Part shown: positions 41,349 to 51,874 of the stretch, piece after piece | How positions within the stretch are numbered: the stretch's first letter is position 1 | Layout: the number at the start of each line of letters is the position of its first letter | Origin: a virus | IMG/VR virus record: IMGVR_UViG_3300045988_066341 | DNA length: 64,000 bases | Strand: one strand, 5' to 3' | The notes under the pieces: model-generated | Seen by the model: the letters and a program-made list of their open reading frames with translations, nothing else | Databases searched by the model: none | Told to the model about the DNA's origin: nothing | Position numbers and translations under genes: made by a program

Positions 41349-42951
41349 TACCTATCTTGTTAAAATATTCTACAATAACATTCCTATCCAATCCCATAGA
41401 ATCACATAAATACTCTCCTTCTGGTTGGCCCCCAAACGATAATACCTTATCCGTATCATGAGCTAAAACATCTCCATTGCCTACAAAGGTACGCCCATCA
41501 TCAAATACGATAAGCTTATATGGCTTATATGACCTCGTGTCAATATCAGAAGATCGTATTGACCTTAACACCGAAGCCTCTGGTGCCATACTAAACCTCC
41601 ATCCATAATTATTCATAAGCACATAAACCATCTCCATAGGAGTCGATGGAGAGCCATTAGACTGACCCTTTATAAAACCAGAGGGAGCCTGTAATACGCC
41701 ACTAGGTCTTTTATCATCAGGATTGGAAGCTAAATACATACTTAGATACAATCCATAAAACTGATTTCTTTTGCCATCGGAAGCAGAGGAAGACATAGTG
41801 AGATAATCAAACCCCATCACCCTCTCATATAATGTCGATATAAACGTATCACATCGAACTTGGGTTGACAAGTTGCGATACATATAAAAGCTATTCATAG
41901 ACCTCATCTCATATATATAATCCGGGAGATTACTTACATCTATATTACTATAACTGAATGAAGCGTCGATACGCTCAATGTTTCCCAATCCCTTACCGCT
42001 CATATACGGATGCCAACTCACGACAGGTCCATACCATCTATTTATATGATCGAAAATCTTTAAACTAGAATTTATCTTATCCACCTCATCCATAGCCGGG
42101 CATGTGTTAGGATCAAACGATGATGTGGCATAACCAGGACTTAAATACAATTCTTTTAAATTATTGAATGATAACCATTCCTTAGGATATAGCCTTACTC
42201 TTCCACCAGCTAAATGCAATATCTCCAAATTAGGCCACATGGAAGGGAATTTTCTTATATTGGAAGCTTCGGTATCACTAAAGTCAATAGAATTGTCCAA
42301 AATCAGACCTTTCAATTTAGTTAGTCTATTCCAATCCTCCGGGATGGACTTCAACGTACCCACACCAAACTCACTTAATTTTATACGCTCTATATTTACC
42401 GATCTCATTATCCTACCCTTTGGTATATATGGTACGATCCCAGGAATACTTATAATCAGATGGGCAAGGCCAGGCATATCAAGTATAGGGAATCCTGTCA
42501 TCATTATCCTTGCTGTTTGTACAAATGTAATATCATTCGTAAAAGTCATGGCCACGACCCGCTCTTTATCCAGCCCATCAGCATAAGCATGATTAGGCAC
42601 GGGGATATACTCACTCCCGTCATCCTTATAAAACCACCATGGATGGCTATCCGGATTCTTACGATAACTTATATCCCTTCTCCTGAACATCAACCTATAT
42701 TGACCATATATAGATCCACTCCTAGCCTTTACAAAAGGGAATTGTTCTTTACTCCCATCTCCCCAATCGACCTCGCACATGCCGGGGGTCTTGGAATAAA
42801 ACTCTATACTCTCATTATAATTATTACCATCCAATATAGGATCAGGCACATCATCAGTAGTATCATTCCTGTTAACTCCCCTAAAAGCGTATTTACCCTT
42901 AGTTAAAAAGGTTATAGACCCTTTATTCGTATCCTTACATATCAGCCTCAT
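41341..42951 (-). CDS. LRR-like tail fibre/receptor-binding paralog 2 (536 aa)
   Basis: Same conserved blocks, plus a C-terminal extension of about 90 aa ending VIVEYFNKIGNG. Confidence 0.6.
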   Translation of the reverse strand: MRLICKDTNKGSITFLTKGKYAFRGVNRNDTTDDVPDPILDGNNYNESIEFYSKTPGMCEVDWGDGSKEQFPFVKARSGSIYGQYRLMFRRRDISYRKNPDSHPWWFYKDDGSEYIPVPNHAYADGLDKERVVAMTFTNDITFVQTARIMMTGFPILDMPGLAHLIISIPGIVPYIPKGRIMRSVNIERIKLSEFGVGTLKSIPEDWNRLTKLKGLILDNSIDFSDTEASNIRKFPSMWPNLEILHLAGGRVRLYPKEWLSFNNLKELYLSPGYATSSFDPNTCPAMDEVDKINSSLKIFDHINRWYGPVVSWHPYMSGKGLGNIERIDASFSYSNIDVSNLPDYIYEMRSMNSFYMYRNLSTQVRCDTFISTLYERVMGFDYLTMSSSASDGKRNQFYGLYLSMYLASNPDDKRPSGVLQAPSGFIKGQSNGSPSTPMEMVYVLMNNYGWRFSMAPEASVLRSIRSSDIDTRSYKPYKLIVFDDGRTFVGNGDVLAHDTDKVLSFGGQPEGEYLCDSMGLDRNVIVEYFNKIGNG

Positions 42952-44513
42952 ACCTCTCCCTCCTCTATTCTCCTGAAATACTCGACAACCGGTGAACCGT
43001 CCAATCCCAGATCGTTACAGATATCTATAGCCTCGTATTTGTCAGCGAAATTATACTTACTCATATTATCATCCAATACATCTCCGCTGAACACGGATAC
43101 ATGGCCGTCCTTTACGCCAAGGACGAACGGGGTAATCCTAGACTTCCCAGCCCGCCGTGCCCTCGTAAGGGCGGCCTTGGAAGCCGGGGCAGGTGCCAAG
43201 ATCCACGTCTGCCCGTAGTTGTTGGTAAGCACATACACCTTCTCCATAGGCGTCGTAGGATTACCATTACTAACCCCCTTGACAAACCCCTCAGGGGCTT
43301 GATAAACGCCAGATGGTCTCTTGTTGGTAGGAGCTGCGGAAGTATATAAATCTAAGGTAAGTTTATAAAACTGATTCCTATTACCGTCAGAAGCCGTCTG
43401 TGACATCGTTATATAACTCCACGACATTATCTTATCATAAAATGTATTTACGAATGTATCAGCCCTCTCCTGCGTATTTATAAATGTACCACCATTACAC
43501 AAAGTCCATATCCTAAATTCCCTTACCTCATACAACCAATCTGGGAGATCGTCTACCGGTACCGTGCCTGAACAACAATACGTGCCCTGAATCTTATTCA
43601 ACTTACCTCCTACCAGATCTTGTTTCCATGAGCTACCACTACCCATAAAAGTAACGCCTGTCTTATCATCTCCAACCTTATCCACCTCATCAAATACAGG
43701 TATATTATTCCTATTGCTTATAATGCTTATACCTTTTGCCGGAATAGAATTAAAAGCCGGATCATAAGAAGGAATGTTACACCAGTTGAAGTTAAATTCA
43801 GTAAGATTCTTCCATTCAGAGAATCTTCTCCAATTAGAATCAGGATTATCAGCGAAATTAAAAACACTGTTACATCCGAAATACCTCAGATTTTTCATAT
43901 TTAAAAAACCTTCCGGCCAATTGTCCCAAACACCAGGATGAGAAAAAGACCCCATCTGTATATTACGAAGATTAACGCTCTTACTTATCCTGTCATATGG
44001 GATATCTCCATTTTTTAAAACGGACCTGACCATAGCCAAATAAGTTATATTAGGTAGATTAACTACAGGAAACTTATGGAGGACAATACCATCCATATTG
44101 AACTCCCTATCGATTACGTTAGAGAACCTCATCGTAACCTCCCTACGCCTGATATCGCTATACTTATGTGGAGAAACCGGTATATACTGAGATCCATCCT
44201 CCTTCCTATACCACCATGTAGTATCGTCAGGATTCTTTTTGTACTCAATATCTAAAGACCTGAATACTATCCTATAACTACCGTCAGATATCTTGACAAA
44301 AGGGTATTGATCCTTTGTCCCATCACCCCAATCGACGTCCACGAATCCTGGATTGTTTGCCGAGAACCTGAGATTACGATTAAAAGCACCATAATCTACT
44401 ATCGGATCAGGCACATAATCAGCATCCTTCCCATCATAACAAGGGAACCTGTCCTCATTCACTATAAACGTCACCGAGGACAAGACCGTATCATATCCCA
44501 CTAAAAAAGCCAT
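42948..44513 (-). CDS. LRR-like tail fibre/receptor-binding paralog 1 (521 aa)
   Basis: Same conserved blocks, plus a C-terminal extension ending PVVEYFRRIEEGEV. Confidence 0.6.
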   Translation of the reverse strand: MAFLVGYDTVLSSVTFIVNEDRFPCYDGKDADYVPDPIVDYGAFNRNLRFSANNPGFVDVDWGDGTKDQYPFVKISDGSYRIVFRSLDIEYKKNPDDTTWWYRKEDGSQYIPVSPHKYSDIRRREVTMRFSNVIDREFNMDGIVLHKFPVVNLPNITYLAMVRSVLKNGDIPYDRISKSVNLRNIQMGSFSHPGVWDNWPEGFLNMKNLRYFGCNSVFNFADNPDSNWRRFSEWKNLTEFNFNWCNIPSYDPAFNSIPAKGISIISNRNNIPVFDEVDKVGDDKTGVTFMGSGSSWKQDLVGGKLNKIQGTYCCSGTVPVDDLPDWLYEVREFRIWTLCNGGTFINTQERADTFVNTFYDKIMSWSYITMSQTASDGNRNQFYKLTLDLYTSAAPTNKRPSGVYQAPEGFVKGVSNGNPTTPMEKVYVLTNNYGQTWILAPAPASKAALTRARRAGKSRITPFVLGVKDGHVSVFSGDVLDDNMSKYNFADKYEAIDICNDLGLDGSPVVEYFRRIEEGEV

Positions 44514-44517
44514 ACCA

Positions 44518-46917
44518 TTAATTTATTGAGGTTATATCATAAGACACCCATTCCTTGTATCCGTTAACCATCTCATATACCTTGTTGATGGTCTTACATA
44601 CGACAGCGAATCCGATATCCACGTTAGGGAACTTCTCGTTAAGCTCATCTATTGTAAGCTCCTTGGTTATGCTCTCATCCCACTTACGCATCTCTTTTAC
44701 CTCCATAAGGATCGGTTTACCGGTTATGCCTACACTCATGACCCACTCACCCTCACGATTGGCATCCGCCAGATCGGGGAAGATCGTAACGCCAAAAAGA
44801 TCGGAGAGGGTGAAGTTCTCGCCGGTACGGGTAAAGGATGCCGCCGCCCCCGGTGTAAGAACCACCTCGTTCACGGCCAACAGGCTCGTAAGTTTCTTGG
44901 CTCCTCCTGATACCGTGGCGTTAAACACGACAGTAACATTACCGGTAGCGCTATTAACGAACTTGATCTCATCCTTATCGCTATTTATAGCTTGTAACCT
45001 AGACCCAGATACGATATTTACGATCTCATAATTCTTGTCGTAAGTGCTCTGTAGCGTCACATTACCGTATTTAGTATCGATAAGGGTAATCCACTTAGCC
45101 TTACCACCTACTATCTCAACAAGCTTATAAAACACGTCATTGCCGTCAGCGTCAACCCATCTAGCTATAGCTCCAGGAGCGAAATTAGTCACCTCCCGAT
45201 CTTGGGTATAACTTACAGTGCTTTCCGTAGGCTTATTAGTCAAAGTAACATAAAGGCATTGCTCTACGTCGGCTTCCATCTTAACTATCCCAGCTCCATC
45301 GTAATAATAATCAGGTACATTTTTCTCTCGTATCAACAAGATAGTACCTTCCTTAAGCTTATCGGCGTTAGTAGGATCATCCACAAAAGACTTCATCTGG
45401 ATATAGGTATCAAAGATGATCGACGTACTCTTATCCTCTATCTTCTGATTGATATCATTAACAATATTATTAATCTCATTTTTTGTATAATAAGGGGATA
45501 GATCAACCTTCGGACCTTCCTGCTCTAAAGCCTGAGTTCCATCCCACCAATAATCAGGTACATCCTGCTCCCTAATCCAGAGGCTGTCACCCACACGAAG
45601 CTTAGCCGTGTTCTCCGGGACCGCCAGCCACTCATTCATGGCATCGACCGTATCAAAGATATACGCCGTGTTCTTGCCCTCAGCTATACGTCTTACGACA
45701 GCCAACTCGCTCTCGACATCGCTAAGTCTTTCCTTTATATTATTGATCTCTCGCTCTAACTTATCATAATTATCCTCCTGATCTATAGCGTCACCGATGG
45801 ACATATAAACCTCGTTAGTGAGCTTATTGTAGGTAACACGAGCTACTTTCTCGTAAGATGTCTTATACGATCCGACTCCTTTATGGGTATTACATACAAA
45901 ATCATATGTATTCTGATATACTACAGATCCACCGGTATTTATAAAATTATATCCGTCTTGGCTCATCGTACCTCCCTTGTATCCGACAAGCTCAAAAGAG
46001 CATTTACCCGTGCCTTTAGATCCAAACCATGTAGCGTAGGCCATAAAATACGTCTCTTCAGGTAGGATATCATAATACTTAGCCCTTAAATCCTTCACCG
46101 ACATCCAAACACATTCCTTACCAGACCCGGTATTATCACCACCCCATTTAAGGACTTCCCTAACAGAACTATCTCCATTTCCGGGACCAGACCAACCTAC
46201 AGCAAGATTATCTATGGTGGGAACATTAGAATTAAGAGCTTCCGTCATAGTATCCAAATCCCTTCCAGAGCTTGATTCCCATAAATACCTAAAAGTCACA
46301 AAATCGACATCTCCAATCTTAACACCTCCAGTATTACTAGGATATGTTTTTGTGACTAACTCATAATACCATTTACCGTCACGGAAAGTAACCCTTATCC
46401 TCTCTACTTGTTTAGGGGATATAGAGACATATGATCCTCCAACGGAGATATTATCGCTATCAACCGCACGGGAAGTCCCATCCTTTGGATCCTCAGGATC
46501 TACGGGGGTGTAGATCGTAGCCTGCTTATCTCCGGTGTTGATAATAACTATATAATAGCTATCCCCGTCAAGACCCTCGTCATGAGCCATGGTGACAAAA
46601 CCTTGCTCGCTATCCGGTCTCCATTCAACGACAACCATATGCTTGTCCATAGGTATACCGGAAACGCTGTTAACGTAGTTGGTTGAAGACATGAAAATAG
46701 CATGGTCATCATAAGCCTCATCTACACGTTGATGTTTAGTGGCCAGACCATCAAGACGTGATATCTCAATGGGGTCAATTACCTCAACCCCGTTATAATC
46801 ATACCACTTATATCCTATCATCGTATTCTCACGACGATATTTCCTTTTTCTTATGACCTGACCTCCAGCTAAGGCGTCAATCATAAAATAATCATTACAT
46901 ACTTTAACCATAGCCAT
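44518..46917 (-). CDS. tail fibre-like protein, 799 aa
   Basis: Contains a coiled-coil segment and an internal duplication of about 60 aa (...LWIREQDVPDYWWDG and ...LLIREKNVPDYYYDG). Its central domain is shared with 20841..21560. Confidence 0.55.
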   Translation of the reverse strand: MAMVKVCNDYFMIDALAGGQVIRKRKYRRENTMIGYKWYDYNGVEVIDPIEISRLDGLATKHQRVDEAYDDHAIFMSSTNYVNSVSGIPMDKHMVVVEWRPDSEQGFVTMAHDEGLDGDSYYIVIINTGDKQATIYTPVDPEDPKDGTSRAVDSDNISVGGSYVSISPKQVERIRVTFRDGKWYYELVTKTYPSNTGGVKIGDVDFVTFRYLWESSSGRDLDTMTEALNSNVPTIDNLAVGWSGPGNGDSSVREVLKWGGDNTGSGKECVWMSVKDLRAKYYDILPEETYFMAYATWFGSKGTGKCSFELVGYKGGTMSQDGYNFINTGGSVVYQNTYDFVCNTHKGVGSYKTSYEKVARVTYNKLTNEVYMSIGDAIDQEDNYDKLEREINNIKERLSDVESELAVVRRIAEGKNTAYIFDTVDAMNEWLAVPENTAKLRVGDSLWIREQDVPDYWWDGTQALEQEGPKVDLSPYYTKNEINNIVNDINQKIEDKSTSIIFDTYIQMKSFVDDPTNADKLKEGTILLIREKNVPDYYYDGAGIVKMEADVEQCLYVTLTNKPTESTVSYTQDREVTNFAPGAIARWVDADGNDVFYKLVEIVGGKAKWITLIDTKYGNVTLQSTYDKNYEIVNIVSGSRLQAINSDKDEIKFVNSATGNVTVVFNATVSGGAKKLTSLLAVNEVVLTPGAAASFTRTGENFTLSDLFGVTIFPDLADANREGEWVMSVGITGKPILMEVKEMRKWDESITKELTIDELNEKFPNVDIGFAVVCKTINKVYEMVNGYKEWVSYDITSIN

Positions 46918-46922
46918 TCAGA

Positions 46923-49682
46923 TTAACAGGTTTGACATAAACAAGCCACTATAGTAGCGCCAACAGGAATGGAGGTCAGTGTCGTACCTACCGGGTAGGT
47001 AGGAGAGGATGATTCCATCACCGTTAACGACGTCCGCTCAACGACCATATCGTTATCCACCAACCGACTTCCCTCCACATAGAACCGGCCATCGGCTACC
47101 TCATAGCACTCTCGCACCGGAACCATATGTCTTTGGCTTTTATCAGCGTAATCGCATATCGTGACCTTAGCCCCATCAGGAATAGAAGACAACTCATCTC
47201 CAACACCGTAATCCGGATGATCTGAATATACCACATAAAGCTTGGACTTAATATCCTGCAATGCAGGATTGACCGTCCTAAAGCCCTTTAGATGGATCTT
47301 ATGCCCCCCGATCTCATAACAATCATCTACATCCATGATATTGAGATCACAGCTAATAACGGTCCATCCGTCTATAACAGATTGCGTAGGTGTAGTATTT
47401 AATCTATATGCTGGATCAGTAGACTCTACGATCTTATAATCAAATGTCTTGAGATCAAGATTACCGTTAAGAGACTCTTGCCTCCGGATCTTTACCGTAC
47501 CATTGCCGGTATCATAACAGGTCTCGGTAGTATCTATAAGCCGATCCATGTAATCCGGCTCCTCGCATTCGATACGAGTAAAATTAGATGGAAAAGAGAT
47601 ATATTGAGTACCAATCTTGATATCATTATCCGTAGAACTCAATACATGATGATTATACGACCTAACATGATTTAAAGGGTTGATAACGTAAGTGGATTTA
47701 ATTCTTACCGATCCTCCTGGAGTCGAGTAACATTCTATCGCACTTCTGGTAATACGATCATCCAATCTTTCTATGGCACACCTTTCACGGATAAAAACCG
47801 ATGGGATGCTATTCATCCTATCTCCTAGACCATATCCGTTATCAGACGAGTCCACAATCTCCCAGAACTGGTTTCTTTTCCCAAGATCACCATCATAAGA
47901 CACCACATGTCTCATACGTATGCTCCCGTTTAATGTCCTATAACATTCCTCGATATCAATAGGCATTCTGTCTTCCATATCCGTGAAATCACAAGACACC
48001 AAAGACCATCCGGTAGGCAGGGTGGATATCCGCTGTCCCGGGGTAAAACCGCCGTTATCCGAATCCAGTACCTCGTAGCGGACGTGGCGCTCGTTTGCCT
48101 TGGCATCATAAGACACGACTCTCCTTACCTTGACATTACCCTCACCGCTATCATAACATTCCACGAAAGACTCGATATCACGATCCTCCATATCCTCCAT
48201 CTCGCACACCATGTGATCCCATCCTCCAGGTATGGCATTATATATCCTATCCACGAGAATATCGGGGTTCTCAGATCGTGTAACGACATAAACAGCGCCC
48301 CTTATATCTATATCTCCATCATAAGACGTTATTCTTAATACCTGTACACGACCTTTATCTGTATTATAGCATTCTTTCCTTGACTGAAGCATTCTATCCT
48401 CAAAGTCAACGAAATCACAAGGAACCAAAGAGAATCCGTCTGGGAGGGTAGCTAGGGCGGCTCCTGGGACAAAGTCTGCGTTATCGGAGTCCACTACCTC
48501 GAAACGTGTGTATCTGGCCTTTATCTTGGAGTCATACGACACCATCCTTCGAAGTTTAACGTTTCCGCTACCGCTGTCATAACACTCTATATAGGATTTG
48601 ATATCTCTCTCCTCCATATCGTCAAAATCACAGACTACCCTTATCCAAGTGTCTGGCAAGGAACTGAAGCTGGCGCCCTCAGGTTGTGACGGATCGGTAG
48701 TCTCCAGGACTTTATAACTCTTATCCCTAACTCCTATATTCCCGTCCCATGACGTAAGAACCTCCAGCTTCACCTTACCGGCCGGTGTCTTATAACATTC
48801 TATAGTTACCTCAATATCACGATCCTCCATATCCGTGAAGTCACAAACGACCTCAACCCAGTCATCGCTTATGCTGGTGATAAACTCACCTACCGGATTC
48901 TCAGGATCGGTACTTTGCTTGACGCGATACCATTCCTTTCTGGTACCCATCTCGTAATCAAATATCTTATACCCCTCTATCTGTACCCTTCCGGTCCCGG
49001 TATCAAAGCATTTAAGCACCGGTATTATCTCCCTTTGGGTCATGTCCGGAAAATCACATACTATACGCCTCCACGTATCAGGTATGGCATTATACTTCGT
49101 TCCAATAGGGTTACTATCGTCAGTAGTATTCACCACCTCATAATGAGACACCTCCGGGTTCAGGCGGGGATCAACCGACTCTACGCCCTCTATCTGGACC
49201 TTGCCTCCTTCCGTGGCATAACATTTACTTACGAATATCAACTCCCGATCGGTCATCTCCGCTATACTACAATCTATAGCCACCCACTCGGCAGGAACCT
49301 TATCTAATTCCGTACCGATAGGAGTATCAACATCCGAGGAGTTGACAATAAATATCTTCTCGGCCAGTATCTCCCCCTTATTATTCATATAGGTATGGAT
49401 ACGAGCTTCTACCTGACCACCCGGCGTGCGATAGCATTGGTTGACGATCGACACACGGGCGTCCTTGATGTTAATGAACTGATAGTCCTTTTTAGGGATC
49501 TCGCTTACAAGTCTCTTTACTCCTTTATCATCGAAGTACACGTAACACCCGTCATTCCTCATCATGACCGGATACGTCTTTCCGTCTATGACAACACCTG
49601 AGAAGTCATCTGGCGGAACGGAGAAACCCATGCTACCGAAGATGGAAGCAAGTCTCTTTAAATACTCATTTATCGCAGACAT
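46923..49682 (-). CDS. 919-aa tandem-repeat rod/fibre protein
   Basis: 12 repeats of about 71 aa, each with ECY.T..G.V... and ...P..W..V.CDF.DMEDR.I. Confidence 0.7.
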   Translation of the reverse strand: MSAINEYLKRLASIFGSMGFSVPPDDFSGVVIDGKTYPVMMRNDGCYVYFDDKGVKRLVSEIPKKDYQFINIKDARVSIVNQCYRTPGGQVEARIHTYMNNKGEILAEKIFIVNSSDVDTPIGTELDKVPAEWVAIDCSIAEMTDRELIFVSKCYATEGGKVQIEGVESVDPRLNPEVSHYEVVNTTDDSNPIGTKYNAIPDTWRRIVCDFPDMTQREIIPVLKCFDTGTGRVQIEGYKIFDYEMGTRKEWYRVKQSTDPENPVGEFITSISDDWVEVVCDFTDMEDRDIEVTIECYKTPAGKVKLEVLTSWDGNIGVRDKSYKVLETTDPSQPEGASFSSLPDTWIRVVCDFDDMEERDIKSYIECYDSGSGNVKLRRMVSYDSKIKARYTRFEVVDSDNADFVPGAALATLPDGFSLVPCDFVDFEDRMLQSRKECYNTDKGRVQVLRITSYDGDIDIRGAVYVVTRSENPDILVDRIYNAIPGGWDHMVCEMEDMEDRDIESFVECYDSGEGNVKVRRVVSYDAKANERHVRYEVLDSDNGGFTPGQRISTLPTGWSLVSCDFTDMEDRMPIDIEECYRTLNGSIRMRHVVSYDGDLGKRNQFWEIVDSSDNGYGLGDRMNSIPSVFIRERCAIERLDDRITRSAIECYSTPGGSVRIKSTYVINPLNHVRSYNHHVLSSTDNDIKIGTQYISFPSNFTRIECEEPDYMDRLIDTTETCYDTGNGTVKIRRQESLNGNLDLKTFDYKIVESTDPAYRLNTTPTQSVIDGWTVISCDLNIMDVDDCYEIGGHKIHLKGFRTVNPALQDIKSKLYVVYSDHPDYGVGDELSSIPDGAKVTICDYADKSQRHMVPVRECYEVADGRFYVEGSRLVDNDMVVERTSLTVMESSSPTYPVGTTLTSIPVGATIVACLCQTC
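46926..49451 (-). repeat. in-frame tandem array of 12 repeats of about 213 nt
   Basis: Delimited by eye from the protein sequence. There are two conserved Cys per unit. Confidence 0.75.
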
Positions 49683-49708
49683 AATATCATATTTTAATTC
49701 TACTGCCT

Positions 49709-49716
49709 CAAAGATA
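49709..49716 (-). promoter_or_regulatory. -7 promoter box (TATCTTTG)
   Basis: 27 nt upstream of ATG 49682, directly after the terminator. Confidence 0.45.
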
Positions 49717-49718
49717 AC

Positions 49719-49750
49719 AAAAAAGGGAAGAGAAATGAATCTCTCCCCTT
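49719..49750 (-). terminator. rho-independent terminator after 49783..51756
   Basis: Stem AAGGGAAGAGA/TCTCTCCCCTT (10 of 11 pairs) with a 6-nt loop, then T6 on the minus strand. Confidence 0.6.
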
Positions 49751-49782
49751 TAGGAAATATATGAACGCAAAAAAGGTCGTTC

Positions 49783-51756
49783 TTATTTAGGTTCGGTCAC
49801 GATAGCCGGTCCAAGACCAGCGGCAGCTCCGATCATGTTAATCATCTCCTGAACACCCTCATGAGCGCCATAGCGTACACGTAAGATCAAGTTAACCGGA
49901 TCATCGGCGATAACCTTTCCGAATCCTTGAGCGTATCTATGAGGATTAATCGTGATCTGGAAGTCCACGTATTGGGCTGTTTGTTCAACACGGCTGTATT
50001 CGTTCATGAATGTCCGTCCCATGAAATCCTGATGTTTCGGGAAGCCGTTGAAATGAGCGTAACCCTTCAACTCATCATCCATCATATTGCCGCCAACATG
50101 AGTACGCGGGGCTTTGCTGGACAATCTCTCGAAGTGAAGCTGATCCCACCAAATGGGGGATCCCTCATCAAGAGAATCAGGATAACCACCGCTAGCGCCA
50201 ACGATCTCAACGCTATCCTCTACATAGGTCATTTTATCCATCAAGCACTCTGACGGAGATAATAACATTTCCTTGCCACGGAAACGGATACCGCACTTGC
50301 AGTTAGTGCCAAGTTCCTGAGCCGATTCCAGTTTCTTCCACATACGGTTGCGGTAGGACGCCGGAGCCTTGCTGGTGAAGAGTCCCTCGAACACCTTGTC
50401 GCACTCATCACACAACATGTTAGTATATACCGTTGTCTGGAAGCTATGCTGGCAAGCCGCAGGAGTACCGTAGTCAGTGATCTCCAGTTCCGGGAAAGCC
50501 TGTTTGATTTCCTCCAAAGCACTGTTTCCGCACTCATCATCCGGGATCGTGATATAATACTTCTCGGTGGATACCTTGCAAGAACCACAAGCTGACCATG
50601 AAGCGGTACGAACCGTAGGATTCTCGCACATATCGGATGTCTTAGCCACATAGTAAATGATAGCCGTAGGATTAGCCTCCACGAAAGTAGAGATCTCCTC
50701 ATCCGTCAATTTCTTGGAAGTAGCGGCAATATACAAACCTGATCCCTTGATCTGACTCATCTTATTAACCGTATCGGCTACAACGTTAGGCAATGACTCC
50801 ACCGTAGTAGACATATCGACACCGTCATCCTCCAAGGAGATAGAATACAGATAACCACCCTTAACCTCGGTATAGTTAGGAGGACAATCCGTACATCCTT
50901 TCATGATAGAGATAAGACGTTGAGTATAATCAGCCGGTTTAGCGCCTTTCTTCATCACCTTATAACGTGACATGCTACCCTCGATAGTCTCACGTACGAT
51001 CTTCAATCCTGGATATTGAGCGCGAACCTCAGCCAACGCAAGATCATCACCAGTATCGCATACCTCCATACAATAGAAGTTCACGTCCTCCGTCTCAGGC
51101 TCAGTAGCCTCATTAGTGCATCTTGTAACCGGAATGATATCAATATAATCGGATAATTTACCACCACCGGCAATAGGTTGGTTCTTCATCCGCTCGATAC
51201 ACTTCAATACGGCGGGTAACAAATCAACCTCCTCGCAAGGATCACATTCCTCGCATTGATTAGGGGTATTGTCGCAATCATCCAAGAGGATAGCGTCAAA
51301 GATCTCAACACGACCTCCCTCGTAGCCAAGAAGCTCGAAAGCCCTGCCGGCGAGAATCAAGCGGATAACGATACGGTCGCCCTTGGAAACGGAGAAAGCC
51401 GTGTCGTCAGAGACACCATTGTATCCTAAGATAACGTCATCGACATAAGCGTGATCCTTCTTCGGCCAAGAAGCGTAAATCTCGGTGATCTCATTCAACG
51501 AGAACAATGGCGTGGAAAAATCCTTATCATATATAGAACGGGAAGCCGCTTGTTCATTACGACCGATACGGATCTCATAACGCTTGTCATTACGAGGCTT
51601 ACCGGTAAAATCAATCACGGCCTTACAACCGTTCTCGGAAGTCTCCTTAGTATCATAAATACCAAGCTGACCTTCCTTCAAGAAGATGGAATCAACATCC
51701 ACCATCTTAGCGTGCGGGGGTACGAAAAGTACCCGGTCTTGCGGTCTGTGCAACAT
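49783..51756 (-). CDS. Cys-rich virion structural protein, 657 aa (alternative MCP/auxiliary capsid or tail candidate)
   Basis: Long ORF with its own box and terminator and about 24 Cys, many in CxxC-like pairs. The fold is not assignable by eye. Confidence 0.5.
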   Translation of the reverse strand: MLHRPQDRVLFVPPHAKMVDVDSIFLKEGQLGIYDTKETSENGCKAVIDFTGKPRNDKRYEIRIGRNEQAASRSIYDKDFSTPLFSLNEITEIYASWPKKDHAYVDDVILGYNGVSDDTAFSVSKGDRIVIRLILAGRAFELLGYEGGRVEIFDAILLDDCDNTPNQCEECDPCEEVDLLPAVLKCIERMKNQPIAGGGKLSDYIDIIPVTRCTNEATEPETEDVNFYCMEVCDTGDDLALAEVRAQYPGLKIVRETIEGSMSRYKVMKKGAKPADYTQRLISIMKGCTDCPPNYTEVKGGYLYSISLEDDGVDMSTTVESLPNVVADTVNKMSQIKGSGLYIAATSKKLTDEEISTFVEANPTAIIYYVAKTSDMCENPTVRTASWSACGSCKVSTEKYYITIPDDECGNSALEEIKQAFPELEITDYGTPAACQHSFQTTVYTNMLCDECDKVFEGLFTSKAPASYRNRMWKKLESAQELGTNCKCGIRFRGKEMLLSPSECLMDKMTYVEDSVEIVGASGGYPDSLDEGSPIWWDQLHFERLSSKAPRTHVGGNMMDDELKGYAHFNGFPKHQDFMGRTFMNEYSRVEQTAQYVDFQITINPHRYAQGFGKVIADDPVNLILRVRYGAHEGVQEMINMIGAAAGLGPAIVTEPK

Positions 51757-51794
51757 ATTATCAACTTTTTAGTTCAAAAATCATTTACCTAACG

Positions 51795-51802
51795 CAAACA
51801 TA
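51795..51802 (-). promoter_or_regulatory. -7 promoter box (TATGTTTG)
   Basis: 39 nt upstream of ATG 51756. Confidence 0.35.
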
Positions 51803-51874
51803 ATCATAAACAACATCACCGCAATAAAATAAGGTCGTGAGTATACGACATAATATGATGTTTACATTTTATGT

